Assembly: GCA_965214755.1 (NCBI GenBank)
Contig: OZ243979.1
Location: forward strand, 1,923,251 to 1,987,250
Length of the DNA: 64,000 bases
Source of the DNA: an uncultured Candidatus Binatia bacterium
Lineage (GTDB): Bacteria; Desulfobacterota; Binatia; Bin18
Direction of reading: 5' to 3'
The notes below the pieces were generated by a model. It saw only the letters and a program-made list of their open reading frames with translations, was not told the origin of the DNA and ran no database searches. Shown piece by piece: positions 19,701 to 28,223 of this stretch. Numbering within the stretch: the first letter of the stretch is position 1; the number at the start of each line of letters is the position of its first letter. The translations under genes and the position numbers were made by a program.

Positions 19701-21886
19701 TGCACGAACAGGAAATCATCCGTCTCAATAAGGGATTGGTCATATTCCGTCCCGCCATGTCCATCCGTCTGAGTCAGGAACTGCGTCGCTTCACCAACGC
19801 CGACTTCGCACCGCTCAAGCTCCATTACCAGGATCAGGTGCTCCAGATTCACGTCATGGCTGAGTATGTCCAGCGCGGCTTGCAGGCCATGACCGACGCG
19901 CTGACTCTCGTCATGGACTATTTCAGTCTGGAGCAGCAGGACTTTTTGCGCCGCTGGCTACCCGACCGCGACAAGGAGATTACACGCCAGACCACGCCAG
20001 AGTCGTGGAGAGCTGTTGTGGAAGACCTGAGAAATCCCGTCCAACAGCGCATTGTCGCCGACGACCGAGAGCAGACCAACGTCCTGGTGCTGGCCGGTCC
20101 TGGCTCCGGCAAGACACGAGTCCTGGTGCATCGGATTGCCTATTTATTACGCGTGCGGCGCGAAAACCCGCGCGGCATTCTGGCCCTGGCCTATAATCGC
20201 CATGCTGCTGTCGAGATTCGTCGCCGCCTGGCCGACCTGCTCGGTGACGATGCCCGTGGCATAACCGTACTCACCTGTCACGGCTTTGCTATGCGGTTGG
20301 TGGGCGCCAGCTTTAGCAGACGCGTGGAACGATTGGCCAACGATGTGTTCCAAGTGATACTCCGGCAGGCGGTGGACCTGCTGCGGGGCGCGGGGCTGCC
20401 AGCGGACGACGCCGATGAGCAGCGGGCGCGACTGCTGGCCGGGTTCCGCTGGATACTCGTGGACGAATATCAGGACATCGGGCCAGAGCAGTATGAATTG
20501 ATTTCGGCTCTGGCCGGCCGAACCCTGGCTGATGAGGACGATAAACTCAGCCTGTTTGCTGTGGGCGACGATGACCAGAACATCTACGCTTTCGACGGGG
20601 CGTCGGTCGAGTTTATCAAGCGTTTCGAGGCGGACTATCGGGCCAGACCGGCTTTCCTGACGGACAATTACCGCTCTACGGCTCACATCATTGCTGCGGC
20701 CAATACGGTTATTGAACCGGCCACACGGCGCATGAAATCCGACCATCCCATCCATGTTGATCGGGCACGCGCCAAGCAGCCGCCCGGCGGGGTCTGGGAG
20801 GAGTTGGACCCGATGTCGCGCGGACGGGTACAGATTCTACCCATACGGCGTGACCCGATCTTACAGGCCCAGGCAGCAATAGCGGAGTTGCAGCGTCTGT
20901 CCGCTCTGGCACCGGGCTGGGACTGGTCCGGCTGCGCTGTCATTGCCCGCAAGTGGCAATACCTTGAGCCGGTGCGGGCCTGCTGCGAAGTCCACGGCAT
21001 TCCGGTCCAGATGGGTAACGAGGAAATCCCGGGGTTTTGGCGACTACGAGAGACCCAGGCACTACTTGTCTGGCTACGCCAGCGTGAAACCGACCTCGTG
21101 GACAGCACCAGCCTCAGCGCTTGGCTGAACGCCCAGGTCTCCAATCCCTGGACCGAGCTGCTGCGGGAAGCCGTGGACGAATACGCTCTGGAAACCGGCG
21201 GGACGGAAACGCCGCTGGACCACTTCATCGAGTGGCTGGCTGAGTGGGGGCGCGATGTGCGCCGTCGGCAGCGCGGCCTGTTACTGTTGACCGCGCACCG
21301 CGCCAAAGGACTGGAGTTCGACCACGTGGTCGTCTTGGACGGCGGCTGGAACAGTACCAGCTGGGGCGAAGATGCAGACGCACCGCGCCGCCTCTACTAC
21401 GTGGCCATGACCCGTGCCCGGCAGACCTTGGCGCTGACATGCTTTGACGAGTTCCATCCGTTCCAAGCGACCTTGCGCGCTCATCCCTCGGTCCTGCACC
21501 GCTCTCCGGTCGCATTGCCACCTCACACCCCAGAGATGACCACCCGTTATCAGCGGCTCAGCCTGCGCGATGTTGATCTGAGCTTTGCAGGGCGCTATCG
21601 GGCCAGCAACCCGGTGCATCGTACCATCGCTGCTCTTTCGCCCGGCGATCCACTCCGAGTCCGTACCACCCAACAACCGTGGCAACTGCTGGACCGCGCC
21701 GGCAACGTGGTGGGTCGCCTCGCCAAAGGCTATAAGCCACCGGCCGCTGCGCGGCTCCGGTCGGCAACAGTCCTGGCTGTTGTGACGCGGAGGCGGGCAG
21801 ACTCGAAGCCGCACTACCAGGACGCTCTCAAATGCGAGGAGTGGGAGGTGGGGGTGCCGGAACTGGTGTTTCAACGCGCGGGCTGA
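16796..21886 (+). CDS. Large tri-domain protein: N-terminal DnaQ-like DEDD 3'-5' exonuclease, then RecQ-family SF2 helicase, then C-terminal UvrD/Rep SF1 helicase
   Basis: Exonuclease motif FLALDLEV...GHNLIAFD. RecQ motifs PTGTGKSLCYQIPAL, VLDEAHCLSRWGHDFRPDY, ATNAFGMGIDKPDVRLVIH. UvrD motifs AGPGSGKT, ILVDEYQD, VGDDDQNIYAFDGA, TAHRAKGLEFDHVVV, YVAMTRARQTL. 1696 aa from MNTHSF. Confidence 0.85.
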   Translation: MNTHSFLALDLEVGRHDNRIHAFAAVHSRSGKSLRFRSGDLAAALENLDAFAKGADYLLGHNLIAFDLPHLSAVKPDLRLLRLPVVDTLRLNPLAFPRHPYHHLVKHYQDGQLKRGRVNDPELDARLSLDVFSDQQKALKETDPDLLTAWHWLTSADDAGAGFDAFFAALRGTARPSHIDAYGTIRARLADTTCLTRSQAVLQEVLADTAGNGWGLAYALAWLSVAGGTSVMPPWVRHQFPEAGVLVRRLRDTACTSPACEWCRDRHDARKELTRWFGFADFRPEPSDKDGRPLQQAIVEAIMAGQHVLGILPTGTGKSLCYQIPALSRYDKTGALTVVISPLVALMADQVTGLESHGVVSGVTINGMLSMPERSAALDRVRLGDASILIVSPEQLRSRAVRRVLDQREIGTWVLDEAHCLSRWGHDFRPDYRYVARFIREKTPAGQIVCLTATAKPDVREDIHAHFRDKLGIDMTVFDGGARRTNLEFVVVPTTGGEKFAHIHQILSADLPLDTPGGAIVYCATRSQTKNIAQYLCAKNINAAHFHADLSPETKKNVQQRFICGDLRVIVATNAFGMGIDKPDVRLVIHADIPGSLENYVQEAGRAGRDQEKARCVLLYTEADVERQFGMSARSRLTRQEIHAILKALRNLDRKKRLNGQIVATAREILGEDEDAEFEHDSATDDTRVRTAISWLEEAELLTREEDRVQVFPSSLRVGSMEEARAKLAKTTVTTDYRKRLLAITASVIDADPDEGISTDELMTVSGLPAEQVRHALHDLERLGIANNDTALTAFVHSGVQHASTKRFDEAADLERALIAALQEADPDMGKDDTSTLHVRLTTQRLKDAGHTSALPERVVRILHSLALDGRGEEGGKGSLGLREVGRETVQITLQREWAALRETAERRRAAARVLLDHLLDSLPSGSRGTDLLVETTLGKLLNAIRSDPELKTTVRNPERLLDRALLWLHEQEIIRLNKGLVIFRPAMSIRLSQELRRFTNADFAPLKLHYQDQVLQIHVMAEYVQRGLQAMTDALTLVMDYFSLEQQDFLRRWLPDRDKEITRQTTPESWRAVVEDLRNPVQQRIVADDREQTNVLVLAGPGSGKTRVLVHRIAYLLRVRRENPRGILALAYNRHAAVEIRRRLADLLGDDARGITVLTCHGFAMRLVGASFSRRVERLANDVFQVILRQAVDLLRGAGLPADDADEQRARLLAGFRWILVDEYQDIGPEQYELISALAGRTLADEDDKLSLFAVGDDDQNIYAFDGASVEFIKRFEADYRARPAFLTDNYRSTAHIIAAANTVIEPATRRMKSDHPIHVDRARAKQPPGGVWEELDPMSRGRVQILPIRRDPILQAQAAIAELQRLSALAPGWDWSGCAVIARKWQYLEPVRACCEVHGIPVQMGNEEIPGFWRLRETQALLVWLRQRETDLVDSTSLSAWLNAQVSNPWTELLREAVDEYALETGGTETPLDHFIEWLAEWGRDVRRRQRGLLLLTAHRAKGLEFDHVVVLDGGWNSTSWGEDADAPRRLYYVAMTRARQTLALTCFDEFHPFQATLRAHPSVLHRSPVALPPHTPEMTTRYQRLSLRDVDLSFAGRYRASNPVHRTIAALSPGDPLRVRTTQQPWQLLDRAGNVVGRLAKGYKPPAAARLRSATVLAVVTRRRADSKPHYQDALKCEEWEVGVPELVFQRAG

Positions 21887-22172
21887 TCCGCCCCATTCGT
21901 AAAGACTGTGGGATTTCATGAACTCTGCTATCTGGTATGGCAAGGCATATGATGCAGAATCGTGGATCCGCACGGACCTTACGCCAAAAATCCTGCTCGT
22001 TGATAGTGACGAATGTTGGCTGGGGCTGTTGGCGTAATAAGTCAGGAATGGCGTCGTCTTTGATGACACTATTCGGACGCAAATCCAGGATGTATTGAAC
22101 CGCTCCTTGATACCATTTTGCGATATCTCGCTCAATGTCTCGTCCCAACAACTGTTCGTCCAGAACAATCAT
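21828..22172 (-). CDS. DUF5615 (PIN-like) putative toxin
   Basis: MIVLDEQL... 114 aa. Start overlaps the stop of the DUF433 gene (ATGA). 3' end overlaps the convergent helicase gene by about 59 bp. Confidence 0.6.
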   Translation of the reverse strand: MIVLDEQLLGRDIERDIAKWYQGAVQYILDLRPNSVIKDDAIPDLLRQQPQPTFVTINEQDFWRKVRADPRFCIICLAIPDSRVHEIPQSLRMGRISPRVETPVPAPPPPTPRI

Positions 22173-22453
22173 CAGGCAGATTCTAAGTGTGGGAGGGTCT
22201 TGATGAATTGATCCGTTACCAAGCGGACCGCCTCCATTAGTGCAGCCTGGGAGACACGACCGCGATAACCTTCGACAATCTCATCGATATTTTCTCCAGC
22301 CGCTAGTCGCTCAAGCGTACCGGTGATCTCAACGCGGGTGTATTTGAAAGTGGGACGACCTCCGCATACGCCCACCGCTCGTACGACATAGTCCCCAAGC
22401 GGGTAATAGTGGTAGGGTTCTCCAGCAACTATTTCGGTCGAGAGAGCTAACAT
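22172..22453 (-). CDS. DUF433 domain putative antitoxin
   Basis: 93 aa. A conserved DUF433-like core. Canonical partner of DUF5615. Confidence 0.6.
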   Translation of the reverse strand: MLALSTEIVAGEPYHYYPLGDYVVRAVGVCGGRPTFKYTRVEITGTLERLAAGENIDEIVEGYRGRVSQAALMEAVRLVTDQFIKTLPHLESA

Positions 22454-22819
22454 GAAAGGGGCTCCTTACCGGCCTGTTCCCCCGCTATTATGTACCAGGA
22501 AAATTGCTGAAAACAAGGCAAGACATTCCAGCGCTTACCATACAAACCCGTGGAGGCTATGCGCCCTCTACACTACGTGTGATGCAAATGACATTACGCG
22601 GTGGCCGACCGGCTATTTTTTCCTCACCCCGCCCCCTCCCTCTGAGCTCAGGGCACCACAGTTTTGGGGAGGCGAGGGAAGTAGAAGAGGCCAGCGAAAT
22701 CATAGACGACCCGACGGCCGAGCGCGCGCCAGCGGGGAAAGGCGCTGGGGCTAACATTCGTGAGGCGAGGGTCTTCCTGTACGGCATCTACTCAATGCAA
22801 TGTCGTGCGTCAAGTTTTC

Positions 22820-23836
22820 TCAGCCTTCATCAACATACGCGCGTAGCGCTGGCAGCACCCATTCTCCCAATAAGCTCAGACCCTGCACGGGTGTAAGACC
22901 GTGGGGGGTACCGAACTCGATCCGTCGGGCACCTGCCTCAAACAGCGCCGCGGCTTGGTTGGCCACCTGGTCCGGAGTTCCGGCAAAAGCCAGCCGCTGG
23001 AGTAAATCGTCAGAGATATAGCTCCCGGCCCGCTCAAAATCGTAGGCGTCGGCCGCTTCCTTGAGGCGGGCCAATAACTCGGGCTCGATGGCAAGGCTGT
23101 GGTCCAGCGCAGCGATGATCGGCAGATAGAGCGCAGCTTCTCGTCGCGCCAGGTCGCGGGCGGCTTTGCCGTCGGTATCAACCACAGTGACCGCGCCGAC
23201 CACGAGGCCAATCTCGTCAGCCTGCCGTCGGGCCTGCGCGGCGCTCTCGGCTATAGCAGCCCGCATCTGTGATACTGCGGTCGGATTCGTTGTTCCGCCG
23301 AGTTTGACCTCAGCGATCTCTTCAATACACGCGGCCAGCGTCTTCTGCCCCCACGTCCCCAGCAAAAAAGGCAGTCCTGGCCGGGGAATCTTCCAGCGCA
23401 GGGCTTCACCGCCGGCTAAGGAAAACACCTCTCCCCGATAGGGTTGGGTCGATTGGCTGAGCAGATGTCGAATGCAACCAAACGCCTCCCGGAGTGCAGC
23501 GATGGGTCGCTGAGGGTACAGGCCGACAAAATCCAACCATCCTCCACGCGCCAAGCCCAAGTACGCCCGCCCGTGCGAGGCTTCATCAAGAAGCGCGACA
23601 TTGCCGGCGATATTGATGGGATGACAGGTAAACGGATTGACCGCCGCGGGACCGATCCGGATGCGGGTTGTGTGTCGCGCGATTTCCAGCAACGGCAGCC
23701 AAGCGGGCTGATAGAGCATGTCATTATAGACGCTCACGCCGGCAAAGCCGAAGTCTTCAACGATTTGAGCCAGCGGCCCGTAGGCTGAAACGGGTTTATC
23801 TGTCTGAAAGGCAACACTGACTGAACGGGTCATCAC
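22820..23836 (-). CDS. LLM-class flavin/F420-dependent oxidoreductase
   Basis: 338 aa, luciferase-like monooxygenase fold motifs. Confidence 0.8.
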   Translation of the reverse strand: MMTRSVSVAFQTDKPVSAYGPLAQIVEDFGFAGVSVYNDMLYQPAWLPLLEIARHTTRIRIGPAAVNPFTCHPINIAGNVALLDEASHGRAYLGLARGGWLDFVGLYPQRPIAALREAFGCIRHLLSQSTQPYRGEVFSLAGGEALRWKIPRPGLPFLLGTWGQKTLAACIEEIAEVKLGGTTNPTAVSQMRAAIAESAAQARRQADEIGLVVGAVTVVDTDGKAARDLARREAALYLPIIAALDHSLAIEPELLARLKEAADAYDFERAGSYISDDLLQRLAFAGTPDQVANQAAALFEAGARRIEFGTPHGLTPVQGLSLLGEWVLPALRAYVDEG

Positions 23837-23894
23837 GAGTTTATGACGCAGCGGCCACGTCCCTGGCCGCTGCCGGAGACAACATTACCGTCCC

Positions 23895-24773
23895 CTACAC
23901 ACCGGGCGCAAAGGCTTCGACCGCGCGCATATCGGGTAGGGATTCGTCGTCTGCCTTGACCGGCAAAAAGCAGACATGCGTGGCACCAGCTTTAAGATGG
24001 GCGTCGATCCGGTCCTGAATCTGCTCTTCGCTGCCCCAGGCAACAATGGCATCCACCAGGGCATCGCTGCACCCGTCTTCAAAGTCCGCGTCCTTCCAGC
24101 CCAGGTTTTTCAGGTTGTTGGTGTAATTGGGCAGTCGGGGAACATAGGTCTTCATATACTGCCGCGCGGCGGCACGGGCCTTGGTCACATCCTTTTCAAG
24201 GATGACCGCCTGGGCAGCACAAATCCAAGCGTCAGGGCCGATCTGCTCACGCACCTTGGCCGTATGTTCCGGCGGTACAAAATAAGTATGCGTGCCTTGG
24301 GCCTGTTCGGCGGACAGGGCCAGCATTTTGGGATGCAGGGCGGCAATCACGATGGGAGCCGGCTCTTTGGGTTTCGGTGCTTGGTAAAAGACGTCTTTCA
24401 GCTTCGGCAGATATTCCTTCATATAGCTGTACGGCTTGTTGTAGTCGTGCCCGCGCAGATTGGATACAATCGGCTTGTGACTGACCCCGATGCCGAGCAC
24501 GAACCGACCGCCTGACAGCTCGGCCACCGTGTTGGTTGCCGTAGCCATGGTATAGGCGTCCCGCGCCCAGATATTGGCAATTCCGGTCGCAATGGACAAC
24601 TGCTCGGTATGACTCAGCAGATAGGCCGCATGGGCAAACGGCTCACGCCCCACAGCCTCCGGAATCCACAGGGTCTTATAGCCAGATTTCTCAACGGTCT
24701 GGGCGAACTGGGCACTCTCAGGAGCCGTCATGCCATCCAAAAAAAACCAGACACCCACTTTACCGATATTCAT
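23895..24773 (-). CDS. LLM-class F420-dependent oxidoreductase
   Basis: 292 aa. MNIGKVGVWF... is typical of the TIGR03620-like F420-dependent family. Confidence 0.8.
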   Translation of the reverse strand: MNIGKVGVWFFLDGMTAPESAQFAQTVEKSGYKTLWIPEAVGREPFAHAAYLLSHTEQLSIATGIANIWARDAYTMATATNTVAELSGGRFVLGIGVSHKPIVSNLRGHDYNKPYSYMKEYLPKLKDVFYQAPKPKEPAPIVIAALHPKMLALSAEQAQGTHTYFVPPEHTAKVREQIGPDAWICAAQAVILEKDVTKARAAARQYMKTYVPRLPNYTNNLKNLGWKDADFEDGCSDALVDAIVAWGSEEQIQDRIDAHLKAGATHVCFLPVKADDESLPDMRAVEAFAPGV

Positions 24774-24933
24774 AGAAAACCTCCTCAGTCAGCAATCTCA
24801 TCATTGGTGACGAACCGCACCATATGCTGCCTATTATTGGGCTGTCAATCTTGAGCGAGGGTTGAGGGCCGCGCTCCCTCGCCAAGACAGGCAGGGATGT
24901 GGTATAGCAGCTTTCGAGAAAGGACCGATTCCC

Positions 24934-25827
24934 ATGTCCCTTATATTTCACAAACTCCACCCCCAGTTCGCAGCCGAGGTCGGCCCGATTGATCTCCGCC
25001 AGGTGGCTGACCCTGAGACGCTGCTGGAGATTCGCGCCGGCATGGACGAGTACGCCCTGCTCGTCTTCCGCAATCAACACCTCACGGACGAGGAACACCT
25101 AGCCTTTGCGCAGCGTCTGGACGGCCAGTTGCACACCAAGACCGGCATCAGCGCCCTCCAGAAAAGCCGGCTGGGCAACGAGGCATTGGCCGATGTCTCC
25201 AACCTCAACGCGAACGGGGAGGTCTATCAAGCCGATGATCGCAAGCGCATGTACGGCCTGGGCAATCGGCTGTGGCACACGGACGCGTCCTTCCAGGACC
25301 CGCCCGGACGCTACTCCATGCTTTTTGCCCGAGTCGTCCCGCCCGTCAGCGCGGACACGGAATATGCCGACATGCGAGCGGCCTATGACCGCTTATCAGA
25401 CGGGATGAAAGCCCAGCTTGAGGGGCTGCGCGTACATCACTCGATCGCCCACTCACGCCACATTCTGGGTTTCGAGTTCTCCCAGACAGAGCAGGAGATT
25501 CTCAAGGGCGCGATTCATCCCCTGATCCGCACCCTGCCGCGCACGGGCCGCAAGTCGCTCTACATCGCGGCGCACGCCTCCAGAATCATCGACTGGTCGA
25601 TCCCCGAAGGGCGCCTGCTGCTGCTCGAATTGATTGAGCACGCCACCCGCCCGGAGTGTGTCTACCGGCACTCCTGGCAAGTCGGAGACTTGGTGGTCTA
25701 CGACAACCGGGCGACCATGCACCGTGCCCGGCCGTATGCAGACACGACATACCGGCGTGAACTGCGGCGGGTGACCTCGCTGGATGTCGAATACGATATC
25801 GAGCAGGCTGGGGCCACCCCTCACTAA
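24934..25827 (+). CDS. TauD/TfdA-family alpha-ketoglutarate-dependent dioxygenase
   Basis: WHTDASFQ (HxD) motif plus a distal His. Start at MSLIFHKL. Confidence 0.8.
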   Translation: MSLIFHKLHPQFAAEVGPIDLRQVADPETLLEIRAGMDEYALLVFRNQHLTDEEHLAFAQRLDGQLHTKTGISALQKSRLGNEALADVSNLNANGEVYQADDRKRMYGLGNRLWHTDASFQDPPGRYSMLFARVVPPVSADTEYADMRAAYDRLSDGMKAQLEGLRVHHSIAHSRHILGFEFSQTEQEILKGAIHPLIRTLPRTGRKSLYIAAHASRIIDWSIPEGRLLLLELIEHATRPECVYRHSWQVGDLVVYDNRATMHRARPYADTTYRRELRRVTSLDVEYDIEQAGATPH

Positions 25828-25862
25828 GCAACACGTGAGGAGAGAGGAAAGGAGACTCACCC

Positions 25863-26834
25863 ATGGCAAATGTCCAGACCGTACTCGGCGACCGTTCCAC
25901 CGACGACTTGGGATTCACCCTGATCCACGAGCATTTAACCGTTGGTTTCCCTGGCTATGAATGGGATAACACCAGTTTTGACCGCAAAAAAGAAATCGCC
26001 GGAGCCGTTGAGAAGCTCAAAGAGATTAAAGAGCTGGGTGTCACCTCGTTTGTTGATCCCTGTCCGATGGAATTGGGGCGCGACCCGGAATTTGCCGCGG
26101 AATGCGCGGACAAATCCAGCCTGAATGTCGTGGTCGCCACCGGCTTGTACAACGAGGCGCTCGGCATTCCGCCCCACTTCCGGAGCCTGCCCGCAGACGA
26201 TATCGCCGAGATTTATGTGCGGGAGATTACGGACGGCATTGATAAAACGGGCATCAAAGCCGGCCTCATCAAGACCGCGACCAGTGGGATTCCGGGCATG
26301 ACCGAGACCGCAAAAACGATCGGCACGCACGAAGAAACCTGTCTGCGAGCGGCGGCCCGCGCCCACAAGGCGACGGGTGTTCCCATCCTCTGTCACAATG
26401 ACGAGTTGGGCCCGTTTGGCCGCGAGACCCTGGACGTGTTTGAAGATGAAGGCGTGGATTTCAATCGCGTGCTCATCGGTCACGCCTGTGGTGTGGGCGA
26501 TATGCGCTATTATTTTGACGTTTTAGACCGAGGCGCGTGGATCGGGTTTGACCGCTTCGGCATTGACATCATTGCGCCGGATAAAATGCGCCTGGCCTCA
26601 CTGATTGGCCTGCTGGCCGTCGGCTATGATCGGATTATGCTCTCGCACGACGCCGTCCATTGTCTGATGGGCCGCCCCAGCAAGGCCTGGGAGCAGTTTG
26701 TCGAAGCCTGTCCGAACAGTAATTACTCCCATATTCTGAAAAACATCATTCCTACCCTGGCCAAGGCCGGTGTGAGTGAAGGAACCATTCACACCCTGAT
26801 GGTCGAAAATCCCAAGAGCTATTTTGGCGGATAG
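25863..26834 (+). CDS. Phosphotriesterase-family protein (PTE-like lactonase/aryldialkylphosphatase homolog)
   Basis: GFTLIHEHL start motif and binuclear metal ligands typical of PTE. Confidence 0.8.
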   Translation: MANVQTVLGDRSTDDLGFTLIHEHLTVGFPGYEWDNTSFDRKKEIAGAVEKLKEIKELGVTSFVDPCPMELGRDPEFAAECADKSSLNVVVATGLYNEALGIPPHFRSLPADDIAEIYVREITDGIDKTGIKAGLIKTATSGIPGMTETAKTIGTHEETCLRAAARAHKATGVPILCHNDELGPFGRETLDVFEDEGVDFNRVLIGHACGVGDMRYYFDVLDRGAWIGFDRFGIDIIAPDKMRLASLIGLLAVGYDRIMLSHDAVHCLMGRPSKAWEQFVEACPNSNYSHILKNIIPTLAKAGVSEGTIHTLMVENPKSYFGG

Positions 26835-26917
26835 ACCTTGCTCTGAGCGGTTGCGCTGTCCATCTTGGCAACCGCTCAGCCCGCCGTTCGATACGGCCCG
26901 GAGAGCATCCCCCAGAC

Positions 26918-28003
26918 ATGTCCTCCCAGCCACACAGCGATCTCGATCAGGTCCGTACCTACTTCCAGAACTTCGGCCTGAAACAGGCGCCGGAAAACGG
27001 CTCGCCCTTATACCACGCCTTATCGTTAGGCGTGCTGAACGACCCCGGTATGCTGCGCTTGGCCGCAAGCTGTCCGCCCTCGCAACCGTCGGCAAACCTG
27101 CTGTTCGGTGCGGTGCATTATCTCCTCTTGGGTGGAGTCCGGCATCCCGTGCGCGACTTCTACCCGGATGTGGTTGCCTCAGAAAAAGCACCGCGCCTAC
27201 CCGCTCAGGAGACCTACCCGCTGTTTCAAGACTTTGTGTGGCATCACACCGAGACAATCAGACAGCTCATCACTACCCGCTTGGTCCAAACCAATGTCGT
27301 CCGCCGCACGACCTGCCTCCTGCCGGTCTTTGCTCAGCTTGCACAAGAGGCTGGGAGTCAGGCTCTCTCGATTATCGAGGTCGGAAGCAGCGCCGGCCTG
27401 AACCTACATTGGGACCGTTATCACCACCGCTATGAGTATCCGTCCGGGGCAAACAGAACGTGGGGCGACAAGAACGCGGCCGTCCGGCTTTCAACCCAGG
27501 TCAGAGGGACCGTCCCTCTCCCGCCTCTGCCCAAAGAGTTCCGTATCGCCTGGCGCGCGGGGATCGACATCAACCCGATCGATGTGACTGACGCGGATGC
27601 CATGCGCTGGCTGCGCGCGCTCATCTTTCCCGAACATCTGGAGCGTCACCAGGAAACTGAGGCCGCCGCCCGCATCACCCGCGATAACCCGGTTCCTATT
27701 GTAACAGGAGACGCGCTTACCCATTTGCCCAACCTGTTAGCCCAAGCCCCGCAGGACTCACACCTGTGTCTCTACGCCTCCATGGTCCTCTACCAACTCT
27801 CGCCTGAAGCCCGCAGAAAGTTATGGAGGATGTTAGCCGCATTCTCGGCAACCCGGCCAGTCTCCGCCGTCATTCTGGATGGCGTCCCGGAAGGCTGGGC
27901 ACAGCTCCTCATCAGAGACTTCAAAAACGGCGCCTGTGCAAAACGCCATGTGGCCGCCACCCATGCCCACGGGCGTTGGTTGGAGTGGCGTGAAACGGTA
28001 TGA
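26918..28003 (+). CDS. DUF2332 family protein
   Basis: PLYHALSLGV...ANLLFGAVHYLLLGG resembles the DUF2332 signature. Confidence 0.6.
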   Translation: MSSQPHSDLDQVRTYFQNFGLKQAPENGSPLYHALSLGVLNDPGMLRLAASCPPSQPSANLLFGAVHYLLLGGVRHPVRDFYPDVVASEKAPRLPAQETYPLFQDFVWHHTETIRQLITTRLVQTNVVRRTTCLLPVFAQLAQEAGSQALSIIEVGSSAGLNLHWDRYHHRYEYPSGANRTWGDKNAAVRLSTQVRGTVPLPPLPKEFRIAWRAGIDINPIDVTDADAMRWLRALIFPEHLERHQETEAAARITRDNPVPIVTGDALTHLPNLLAQAPQDSHLCLYASMVLYQLSPEARRKLWRMLAAFSATRPVSAVILDGVPEGWAQLLIRDFKNGACAKRHVAATHAHGRWLEWRETV

Positions 28004-28223
28004 CAAGCGGGAAAGGACGCCAGAGGACACCTAAAAATGCATCTCCTTCCTCTCTAAAATACGTTATATCCACAATAGTCTTGCCGATTTACATGAAATC
28101 CAGCATCGTGACTGTATATTTTCACGTATATTAAGGTCGGTGTGACCAGTCAAAACTTTTCTCCGCCGCCTCTGGGATGGGGAGATCATCGCGTAAGCGG
28201 GTTGACACTCTACGCCTGCGCCA

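Noticed and set aside
22454-22819. 366-bp intergenic region between the DUF433 gene and the LLM gene as a possible sRNA or riboswitch
   Set aside because: No recognisable conserved riboswitch motif or terminator. It cannot be supported from sequence alone.
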